Of a stretch of 64,000 nucleotides of DNA, positions 51,871 to 63,800 are shown one piece after another. The notes below the pieces were generated by a model. The model was not told where the DNA came from and made no database searches. It saw nothing but the letters and a program-made list of their open reading frames with translations. The number at the start of each line of letters is the position of its first letter. Positions within the stretch are counted from its first letter, which is position 1. The translations under genes were made by a program, and so were the position numbers. This DNA comes from Mizuhopecten yessoensis (lineage: Eukaryota), in NCBI RefSeq assembly GCF_002113885.1, contig NW_018405640.1, positions 193,220-257,219 of the forward strand, given 5' to 3'.

Positions 51871-54800
51871 ATGGAGGCTGTGCCTCGGATGCCGATGTTA
51901 TCGTTTGAGTTGAAACAAAGTCCAGAATATGTCGATTTCGGTCCGGTTTTAAAACAGGTGAGAAACTTAAGAGTTAACTCTCGAGTTTGATGTCAAAGGT
52001 GACACGTTTTTCTTGCTCGATATCTTCCTCTCACTTAAAACAACATCGATGTTTTGAGGTTGTTGACATCCCAATATTTTGACGTAAAACGCTAATGTGT
52101 CATTTTTGGGTGTTTGTATCACGAACGCCTTCTTAAGAAGTCTTTAAACGTAAATTCGCACTTAGATCACTATTATATAATTATGAACTTAGATTAGAGC
52201 GTTATTGGATCATTGCATGCAATTTTGCCGACGAATATGACTCATTATCATGCCGGTTGAATTACGTGAATTACACCTAATACTATTCCAGTCATATCCT
52301 AATAGTCATGAGACTAGTGTTGCCTCGGGCTCAGGAAGTTAACATTTGAACTCTTTTCATTTAGAATAAGATGATTATTTCAATTGTGTTATGACGTTTT
52401 TTTCTGTTAGAATGACGAGATTCTCCATTTGGTTCACTAACAAATATTCATTCTATATATTTATATAAAATGTTACAATTTTTTACAGACCATAACAGAT
52501 GACACAAAAATAAGTAAAACCAGTGTCAACTGACCCCTGTTTAATCCGGATGCATGTCTATTCCGGCTTTGATATCTGGTCCCATTATTTCCTTTCTTAG
52601 AAATAACACTCTTGAAATCAAACAAAACTATTTATCAATTTGCAGCGTGGCACCATGCTCCTAGAATTTCTTGCCATGCTGCTATCCTAGATCTTCTCTA
52701 CTATATATTCATAGTAAATCTCAAGTAACCAAGCTGCTTTAATTAAACACATAGAGTGCTGCTTTAACAGAAATATTGAAACACCATGCTTCTAGCTTTC
52801 AAATCATTCTGGGGAGAACACTGATCTTGTTGTATATATAATGTTATATAAATAATGATTAATATGCCCTACATTTATTCTGGCCTTTCTATTTTCCTCA
52901 CTCTTCTAGATCTGTCCCTGTAAAAGTCTTTCCCAGATGTAAAATATACAATATGTTGACTTTTGTTTTAACATATTGCAAATAATTAAACATTACTATG
53001 AAATATCTTCTTTATTTTCTGTTCTCACATCAGTGCTATATTTATTTCAAATATTTTAACTTACATAGTTAACAGGCGAGAGAGTAGTGTGCTTCCACCG
53101 GCGATTGAACCCGCAATCCCAGACTTAATAATCGGACGCTCTACCACTGAGCTAATTAAGGGAAACTCCCTGTAGTGCAAAGCTAGAAGGTGACCGTTAT
53201 CATATGTACAATAAGAATCTGTGACACTATATATAGATTCCCCCTTTTTTAAATGTGTTCATCCTCAAACACCACAACAACCCAGGTTCTAACTCCCTGT
53301 CTGACACCACAGGGAGGGCCACGGACCCCATTTGTAACAGGAAATAGAGTTGTGTGCTAGCTTCCTCCAGGGATTGAACCTGCAATCCCAGACTTTCTAG
53401 TCGGATTCTACCACGAACTAAGGGAAATTCTCTCAAGTGCAAAGCTAAAAGGCCACCGTAATCATATGTACAATAAAAATCCGCCACACATATAATGTTT
53501 AAAATGTTGATACCCAACTATAGCAGTGTGGTGAACCAGATTAATAAGGTGGCAGATGAAGAAGTTCATTCAGAAAATTTCTGTCGAAAACAATTTCAGT
53601 ATAACAGTCAATGACATGCTAGATTTTTGAACACTAAAAATATATATGCAAGACCACACACTTGTGTTTTTCTAACGAATCAGAAAGCACGAGTTTACTG
53701 CGCGGATGTATATATTCGTCCGCGCAATAAGTGAGTGCTTTCTGATTCGTTAGAAAAACACAAGTGTGTGGTCTTGCTTTTATCACATACCTTCCGTATT
53801 TTGTAGAGATCGATACAAAGATTTAATAAACTTTGTTGATATTTTTTGCAAATACCGGGAACTTTTCAGTTCTCCATGACAAGGGGATTCCCATAAAAAG
53901 TAGTTCAAGCTAGTAGGTAAATACAACATTCGGTATTGCACGTGTGTAATACAGAACGTTGTATTTCATGGCCTGAAAATTGGTTGTATTACTATAACAA
54001 GATTCAACAGGTATGTGATAAAATGTAATATTATATTATTCGGGCAAATTCTTTTTTTGGACATGTGAATCAATGCAGGGGTGTACAATATCATATTTAG
54101 AATAATAGCCCTCGGGTTGATTTTAAAAAGTTACACAAAGTCAAACTATATTTTAACTGTAAATTTTGAACATTTCCCCTAGCCACAATGTAAAACCTAC
54201 CAGCCATGGGTGTCAGCTGGCTATTGGTGGAAATGTACGTGGAAATGTACACCCCTGAAATGTTTAAACAATTTTCCAAGGCACTGATAAAACCACGTTT
54301 GGAATATATGCAACAAAGTGTTTTGAATAAGATTCATACAAGTTAAAAGACATCCAAATGGTAGAATATATATGTACAATGATGAGGATACCTGGATTCA
54401 AAGAACTTTTGTATGGAGAACACCTAGAAATGATGCAGTTCCCAACAACGAAGTGCAACCGGACAGGGTTAGACACTCAATATACATATAAGTCACAAAA
54501 ACGATCTTTTTCTCACGTTTCTTTTTTTTTTAGTACATTCGTGATAACTATGGAGAAGACCCAGCCCAGTACAACAAGGCGTGTAACGACTTGGAACAAC
54601 TCAGACAGGTAAGATATAGCATATACCTGTGACATCATACGTAACTGATCTAAGACACATATATGATAATATGAGATTGTGATATCAAAGATAATGCTAA
54701 TAACTCCTGTTTTTGGTTGCAGTAATAATTCATCATTTGGGGTAGTTTCAGTATGTAATAATCAAGGAATAAAGGAATCTCAACCCCACAAGGACGTTTC

Positions 54801-57800
54801 GTGTTATGTACGGTCTACATGTTTCGGCCTGCTATACGTATACGGCCATCATCGGGACCCTGTGATGTAATGAATAGAAGATTTAGTGTTTTTTTCTCGG
54901 CGATTATACATGGTACATTTCACTAATGTAGAATATATGTAGAATAATTTTCATTTGTGCTTTGTAACTGTGAAAAATTTCTGTATTCTACCGCATCTTA
55001 CGTACTCATGAAATTAATATGGTATTCAATGATCAGAAATCATTGAATATTGTTTTTATATCAACTCCATGGTGACTGTTCTACCTTCATTCCATAGCTT
55101 GTGCTATTTTGATGAGGAAAATATTTCACATTTTTACAACAATGGAAAAATATGTATTTCCTCACAACAAAACATAACTATCAGACCTTTTGTCAAAGTG
55201 TTTAATATACATGTATAGCTAGAAAATGGTTTGTATGTGGTGAAATAAATGCATTTTTGATTTGTAACATTTTTTTTTTTATTTTTTTATCTTATTACAG
55301 GAAAATATAGCTGAAAATTATTGAGAAGAAAAGACCAAAATTTGCCCAGAAATATACACATGTACAAAAATAAATAATAACAATTTTGTATTATGTAAAA
55401 TTACAGAGTGCTGTCCATGTTTCGCATGACTTCATGGGATGTAGTACTCTAAAGAAATACTATGCACAGCTACAGTTCCTACAGGGGCGGTTCCCTATGG
55501 GGGAGGGAGGAGAAGCAGCGATACCATTCACCTGGTAAGTACAGTACATTAATGGGGGAGGGAGGAGAAGCAGCGCTACCATTCACCTGGTAAGTACAGT
55601 ACATTAATGTGGGAGGGAGGAGAAGCAGCGATACCATTCACCTGGTAAGTACAGTACATTAATGTGGGAGGGAGGAGAAGCAGCGATACCATTCACCTGG
55701 TAAGTACAGTACATTAATGTGGGAGGGAGGAGAAGCAGCGATACCATTCACCTGGCAAGTACAGTACATTAATGGGGGAGGGAGGAGAAGCAGCGCTACC
55801 ATTCACCTGGTAAGTACAGTACATTAATGTGGGAGGGAGGAGAAGCAGCGATACCATTCACCTGGTAAGTACAGTCCATTAATGGGGGAGGGAGGAGAAG
55901 CAGCGATACCATTCACCTGGCAAGTACAGTACATTAATGGGGGAGGGAGGAGAAGCAGCGATACCATTCGCCTGGTAAGTGCAGTACATTAATGGGGGAG
56001 GGAGGAGAAGCAGCGATACCATTCACCCGGTAAGTACAGTACATTATCTTCTCCCCTACATTAAGGATCATAAAAAAGTATGGCACCTAATCAAAATGAT
56101 CCATTAGATTCTTAACCAATGCCATGAATGTTCAGATTGACACTTTGTGAACAATTAGACTGGAAAGGATTTATAAAGCTGAATGGAAACATTTTAGAAG
56201 TAGGAAGTTTTTATCAGAATCCAATAACTGGTGCATTACAGAAAACATCTATTCTCTAAAGGTTTGGTAGTACACATATTATGGTCAACAATTTCTCTAT
56301 GTATGTAAGATACCCTTTTTCTCTTACCCTGGACAGGTGTATCCACACTTTTACAGGTGTGAGATATCCTTGCCTTTCCCTAGGATTGAAACAGGGGATT
56401 CCCCAATTCATAACAATTGTATGACTGACGTCACGTCAACAATGCATCAACGTCATGTCAACAATGCTTTGAGTCTGTAATGTTAACATTCATTACGTAT
56501 ATGATAGGGTCCAAAGGGTAAAAGAAAAAGACCTATTCTCCCCCTTGAGGTGAGATTAGGAATCTTGACCCTCAACACCCTTAAAGTTTGTGTTTGGAAA
56601 CTGAAGATTCCCCTATCTCACCCACAAGGGGGCCAAAGATTCTGTTAAAGAACAGTCATATGAGTTACATATAACTTTGTCTATACTGCATGGTTGCACT
56701 CAATGGCCTTTATTATTCCCTCGTAACGAAAGTTCCAGGGGATATAGGATTCAGCCTGTATGTACGTATGTACATATGTCACTTCATGTTTCAGGTTACT
56801 GTGTTAAAGGTCAAGGTCAATTTTACTATTTTTATAAAAACTTTGTTATTGCTCTATCAACTTCATTCCTGGTTACTGTGTTAAAGGTCAAGGTCACTTT
56901 TACTATTTTTAGAAAAAATCTATTATCCATCAGAGAATGCAGTCACTAGAACAGATTCTGATACATCATTGAATTTTTATTCATTTCTTCATACGTATGT
57001 TGCACAATCACTTATGATGCCTTGCAATTGTCATACCATGACATCACAATCAGATGAAACCATCTTAAGTATATGAACATCAGTATTATGGCACCAGCTT
57101 GCACTGAAGGTCTTTCACAGATCTCTAACATTGAGTATTATACCTTTGGCTGCTCTTTCCAAAAATAGTCATAGTTTGTGTATACAGTAGGCTTTGCTGA
57201 GTGCTTATCTTCAAAAATCTTATCCCAAGGTCAATATTTCTCTGTCTACATCACACAGGAATGATTGATTATTTTTCTCCCACACTTTTCTACAGTAATA
57301 ATTACAATATAAACCAACATCACTGTGAGCCTTACTTAGCCGGTGTAATGAGTCGGGAGTTCTATTTTCAGGGAGGACATCCACCTCGGCAGAGAGATCA
57401 CGATCGGTGATGTCAAGTTTGAGCAGGCGTGCATCTTGTACAACATCGGAGCTCTCCACGCTATCCTGGGAACCATGGAAACCAGACAGAGTGCTGATGT
57501 AGGTATTGGGATGAGGGATGGTGTGATAGAGCAATTAACCCTAGTATTTTATGCATTGTTTTACTTGGTGACACTTTAATCGACTTCAATTCAACTCACT
57601 CACCCCTGAAATTTCATAATCAACTATTCCAACCTTTGAACTGGAAGAGTTCACATGTGTCTCCAGGGGTGAATGAGTTAAACAAGTTATCAAAAAGTTC
57701 TTTGCAGTATATAGGTTAAAACTGAAAAGCAGTTGTCTATGTTAGAATATTTAATAAGCATTCAAATTTGTATGGGAGAGAGACTGGAAAATATAGAAAA

Positions 57801-60800
57801 TGTACTTCATTGACTCCTTTTGGACAAAATAACTTCATCAAATGTCATAGTTTTAGATTTTCAGTGCAATGACAAAATTCAAGAAAAATGCAAAATGCAG
57901 GAAATTCTACTACTTTCCAAAGTCCAAGATGAAGGTGAAGATACCCTTAAAATCTTGACTGCAAATTTGAAAAATTGATTTATTAGGTAACCAATATAAT
58001 TAAAGGGAGTTAACTCTGCCACAAATTATAGATAATGTTTAAGGTAACATATCACCTTAACTATGACTCCTTCTAACACTGTTTTTCAACTGAAATTTGT
58101 AAACAGCATTGATTGATATTCCCTAAAATAATTTCTGTTTTTAGGGTATGAAAGTATCGTGTACTCACTTTCAGTGTAAAATGATTTCTATTTTTAGGGT
58201 ATGAAGGTATTGTGTACTCACTTTCAGTGTAAAATGATTTCTATTTTCAGGGTATGAAATTATTGTGTACTCACTTTCAGTGTAAAATGATTTCTATTTT
58301 TAGAGTATGAAGGTATTGTGTACTCACTTTCAGTGTAAAATGATTTCTATTTTNNNNNNNNNNNNNNNNNNNNNNNNNNNNNNNNNNNNNNNNNNNNNNN
58401 NNNNNNNNNNNNNNNNNNNNNNNNNNNNNNNNNNNNNNNNNNNNNNNNNNNNNNNNNNNNNNNNNNNNNNNNNNNNNNNNNNNNNNNNNNNNNNNNNNNN
58501 NNNNNNNNNNNNNNNNNNNGTATGAAGGTATTGTGTACTCACTTTCAGTGTAAAATGATTTCTATTTTTAGGGTATGAAGGTATTGTGTACTCACTTTCA
58601 GTGTAAAATGATTTCTATTTTCAGGGTATGAAATTATTGTGTACTCACTTTCAGTGTAAAATGATTTCTAATTTTAGAGTATGAAGGTATTGTGTACTCG
58701 TTTTCAGTGTAAAATAATTTCTATTTTCAGGGTATGAAGGTATCGTGTACAATCTACCAGTGTAAAATAATTTCTATTTTTAGGGTATGAAGGTATCGTG
58801 TACAAACTACCAGTGTAAAATAATTTCTATTTTTAGGGTATGAAGGTATCGTGCACACACTTCCAGTGTGCCTCGTGGGCATTTGAGTACCTACGAGACC
58901 ACTTTGGCTGCTCCCTGATGAGTGCAGATATGTCACACGACCTCTTGACCTTTCAAATGAACCTAATGTTGGTATGTTGGCAAAGTGAATTTATTATAAA
59001 TTAACAGTTATAAGATTTATTTTAGATTGAAAGTCTGTTACTTCAAGGTGACACAGTAAAACTTATAGAATCGTTTTATCAGGATCAGAATTAAAAAATA
59101 ATATATGTAAAAATATAATTCAATAGGTGTAAGTTTCTGCTATAAACTTAATTCAATTTGTTTTAGATAATAACTGGTAGCAAGACCTCATTGAACATGA
59201 TTTTATTTTTTATTAAAAAAAAAAAAAAAAGGAAAAAAAGAGTTTGTGCCTAACTCTCCTTATTCAGATGTTTTAGACTAGTTTATATACAGACAGTTGT
59301 CTGGTCCAGGAGAAATATATCTTTTTATTGAAGGTTTTTTATAAAGTTATAATGATATAAATATAGATAAGGTTTGGGAACAAATTATTTCTGCAAATAA
59401 AGATTTATTACAGAATCAATCGGAAGTTTTTACTTGTTGAACAGTAATATAAATGTTATATTTGAAGGCACAAGCCCAGGAGTGTATTCTGGAGAAGTCG
59501 ATGATTGACAGTAGGAAATGTTCCATCACCGCAAAGGTAGCTGCCCAAATTGTAGAATTCTACCGAATAGCACTGCGTAACCTGGAGACCTGCTATAGTG
59601 ACGGACTCATCAGCTCCAGAAGAAATAAGGTACTGTAGGTTATAAAGCCTTGCTGTTGAGAATATCATTTGGTCATCTATTTCATATATTTGGCATGGAG
59701 CATCCCTTGGCGAAGGAACTTAAAATCTGTTATATAGAAGATTGATATTTTTTTATAAATTTATTTTATAAAATCCCTGTGTTGTCTTTCAAATAGTTAA
59801 AAGAATTATTTTTTTCTATAATAAACAAAGAGTGTGCTTGCTATCATCTTGTCCCTTTCAAAACATTGTAACACAATAGAATGAATATGATTTAACGCTT
59901 GTTTGTAGCAGTGGAAGAAGTTCAATTTTGGACCATATGGGACCTGAAAAGCTGATAAGCTGGTCTTATTCTTTTGATTGTTACATACATCCTTTAAAAG
60001 TGCCCCTTTTCTTTTTTTCCTGTCCGAGAGTGCTATCACTTAATTCATAGTTTGTATCAACTTGCATGTAAAAGGTGCCAAATATAGCATTTTAATAGGA
60101 ATATTGGAAGGTTTGTGTGCTTCTTCTAATTTTCCCGAATTGCTGAGAGCCCCAGGCACTTTTAGATCAGATATGGTAAGAGACCTCCTTGCAGGCAGAG
60201 GGGGGTGCACAGGGACAAGAGGAGTAAAATGCAAAAATTCTGCTCTTTACAGATAAATAGTCAAGCATCCCTTGGCCTAAAAGATTGATTTTCCTCTTTT
60301 AGGAGAAAGTGATTATATCGGCTTTGTTTGTTGTCTCTCCGTTTGATTATTATATAGATAACAAGATTTGTTGATTTTTTTTTATAATAAACAAAGAGTG
60401 TGCTTGTTATCATCTTGTCCCTTTCAAAATATTGTAACACAATAGAATGAATATGAGTTAACACTTGTTTGTAGGAGTGGAAGAAGCGGATGGACATCAA
60501 GATCATGTTTTATCAGTGCATAACCCACTACTACATGGGACGCCAGGCCGAGGAACAGCAGAAGGCCGGGGAAAACCTCGCCTACTACACTGCCTCACGT
60601 GAAAAACTCAACGAGTGTATCAAACTGGCAAAGGTATAAATAGAGCTGAGAAAGTTGTATTAATTCCTTTGTGCATCTTCTTCTTAGGTCACCTGAGCTT
60701 TGCTCAAGTGACCTATTCTTGTCGCTTTCCGTCCGTCCTCGTCCGTCGTGCGTAAACTTTTTACATTTTCAACTTCTTCTCAAGAACCAGTGGATGGATT

Positions 60801-63800
60801 TTTTTCAAACTTGGTCAGAATCATCCTTGGTAGATGAGGCTACAAAATTCCTACCCCAACCCCTGGGGCCAGGGCAGGGCCCCAAAGGGAAAATAAACCA
60901 ATATTTCAAATATCTTCTTCTCCAGACTCAGAGGTACTACAGTCATTTTCTCTGCATGGAAAGAAAGATCATCAAGGGCTTTACTTAAATTGTAAATTTC
61001 AGGACCCCCAGCTACCCGTTCTCCCTTGGGGAGGGGGTAAAGTTTACTATAGTTTATATAGGGAAATAACACTTTTGGGTATATTTTGACAACTTTCTGT
61101 AGGAAATCATTTTTACTTGGTGAGAATTATCCATGGAGGAAGATGGTTTCATATTGTAAAATTGAAATTTCTACCCCAACCCTAGGAGCCAGGGCAGGGC
61201 CCCAGATGGAAAATTAACCAATATTTCCAAAATCTTCTCCTCCAGACTCAGAGTTACTACTGTCATTTTCTCTGCATGGAAAGAAAATCATCAGGGGCTT
61301 TATTTAAATCGTAAATTTCAGGACCCCCGGGCTATCCGTTCTCCCTTGGGGAGGGGGTAAAGTTTACTATAGTTTATATAGGAAAATAACACTTTTGGGT
61401 ATATTTTATCCATTTTCAGCAGGAAATTACCCAAACTTAGTCAGAATCATCTTTGGTGAATGAGGGTATTACATTGTAAAATTGGGATCCCTGCCCCATT
61501 CCCAGGGGCTAGGACGGGGCCCCAAAGGGAACATTTACCAATATTTTCAAATTCTTATCCATTGATGACATGACAAGTATTGTATTTCACTTAGTTTACA
61601 TGCTGATTTCCACATCACATCTAAACAATAAAATAAAGCTACCAGTACCTGTAATATAACTCAGGTGACCGCTAAGGCCCTTGGGCCTCTTGTTATGATG
61701 AATGTATATATTTGAATTAATTCTAGATCAATATACATAATACAGTTGAACTCGATCAAGACGATTTTTGACTCACCGCCACGAAGTAGTGGAAGCAAGA
61801 CTAGGGTATTGGTTTTCCGGCGGCAGCGTCAACATGAAGTTTTTGCGTTTAAATTAATTTCACTGAAAGTATAAGTGCTTGACTAACTAAACTTAGAGCA
61901 TAGATGCATCTTTGGTAATACATCACAACCCATGCATCAAATGCTGGATGCGGCCTACCTATGATGATCCATTGTCTTTGTCAGCATCTCCATTAACATC
62001 ACGTTTTTGCGTTGAAGTGCTATACACTTGTACCAACCAAACTTGACATGTGCATTGATGGTCAAAGTGGAGCACAGGCGAGACATATCAATCTGCATGA
62101 CTTGTAATTAAAAATAATTAATTTAGAAAAAATTAATGCAGTTTATAAGTTTTAATACATTTAAGGGAAAGTGATTTGTAATACATATCTTGACAATTCA
62201 GTATCAAGTTACAGAAAAGATCTCATGTACATCTTTATTTTATTTTGTTGAACTGATTGGTCCAGGAGTCTGCAGGATCCCAATTCAAACTTTTGAAAGT
62301 CTTGGTTTTTGTAATGGTCTAAGTAATGGTAGTGTACAGGCACTTTAAAAAAAGGAAACTTAACTTAACAAAAGATTTAACAGTCTAATGAGTAAGCAAA
62401 TAAAGAATCTGTTCAGTTTAACCCTTAGATGGTGAATTATTTACCTTTCAGAATGAAGGTCAGGACATACAGGAATCTCTGAGGTTCACGAACGATGTTG
62501 TCACTGCAAAGTAAGTGGTCCTGTTCACAGGTATCAATGATACAAGTATGAATCACTTAAGTCTCTGTTTGTTCTTTTAAGGTAGAAAGTCCCAGTGCTG
62601 TTATTGTATCTCTAATGAAGAAGAGTTCCAATGCTTCCCTTTTCTGCCTTGTAGCTATAGGTGTGCGCTCATTTACTATAACAAAGATTCATATTATAGG
62701 TCAGAGGTCAGACATTATAGGTCAGAAGTCACACATTATAGGTCAGAGGTCACATATAGGTCAGAGGACACATAGGAAATATACTTATTTTATAATTTCT
62801 TTTTGACAGCAACACCTCTGCCATGGGAATTAATCCCAGGGTCTCCAGATGATTTTTGTAATTCTCTAAATAAAATATTGAAGTCATACATTTAGGAATT
62901 CAGGTTAAAATATTTACATAAAATTACCGGTACTTATTTTTTGAGGGAAAAGTCAGAAAACTTTAATAAATTTCTGTCGTAACATAACAAGTACATTTAT
63001 GATACAATTGTGATGCCTGCATTCATGTCATGTTTTGTTCTGTTGCAGGTTTACACAGTCTAAAAAAGACAATGATTTTGTGTACCATGAGAAAGTACCA
63101 GCAATGGATACACTGGCAGAGGTCAAAGGTCAGTTCACATAACTCAATATTAATGTCACCCTGGTAAAATACTAGCTGCTTATTACTACCGACTCGGCTA
63201 GGGAGAATTTCTCTTTAGCTCATTCGATAGAGCGTAAGACCAGTAAGTCATAGGTCCAGGGTTTGCCTCCTGGCAGAGGCATTGAAAAAAATAATGACCT
63301 CTGTTACATTGGCGCCCACGCAGGGACCCGGGTAATATTGACAAATATACTCAGTGGTACTTTCAAAAGAATCGCAATGAACCCCGGAAAAAACCTCCAG
63401 ATAAGTTCTTTCCTGTATGGGGAGTATATGTCACCCTGGTAAAATACTAGCTGCTTAATACCGTCTCGGCTAGGGAGCATTTCTCTTTAGCTCATTCGGT
63501 AGAGCGTAAGACTAGTAAGCCAGAAGTACTGGGTTTGCCTCCCAGCGGAGGCATTGAAAAAAATAATGACCTCTGTAACATTGAAATCTGAATTTGTTGG
63601 AGTATCTGTGATATTATATTTTCATTTGTCTGGCTCTGCTGATTTAGAAAATAATATGTACTAAAAATGTCACTCCTATTTTTTTTTTGGAACTATGAAA
63701 ATTCAGTATGATTCTTAAAAAAACTTTGGTAATTGTTATTGTTTTCATCAATTTGACAGGAGCATCATTAGTGAAAGGAATTCCGTTCAATCCTAACGAC

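Noticed and set aside
58307-58542. ORFs spanning the N run
   Set aside because: Artefacts of the assembly gap inside the 53-bp array.
63205-63282. Possible tRNA-Thr(AGT) genes (also ~63480-63555 and the repeats at 53067-53488)
   Set aside because: Box B and stems are degenerate and the sequences lie inside paired LTRs, so they are treated as TE-borne tRNA-like sequence.
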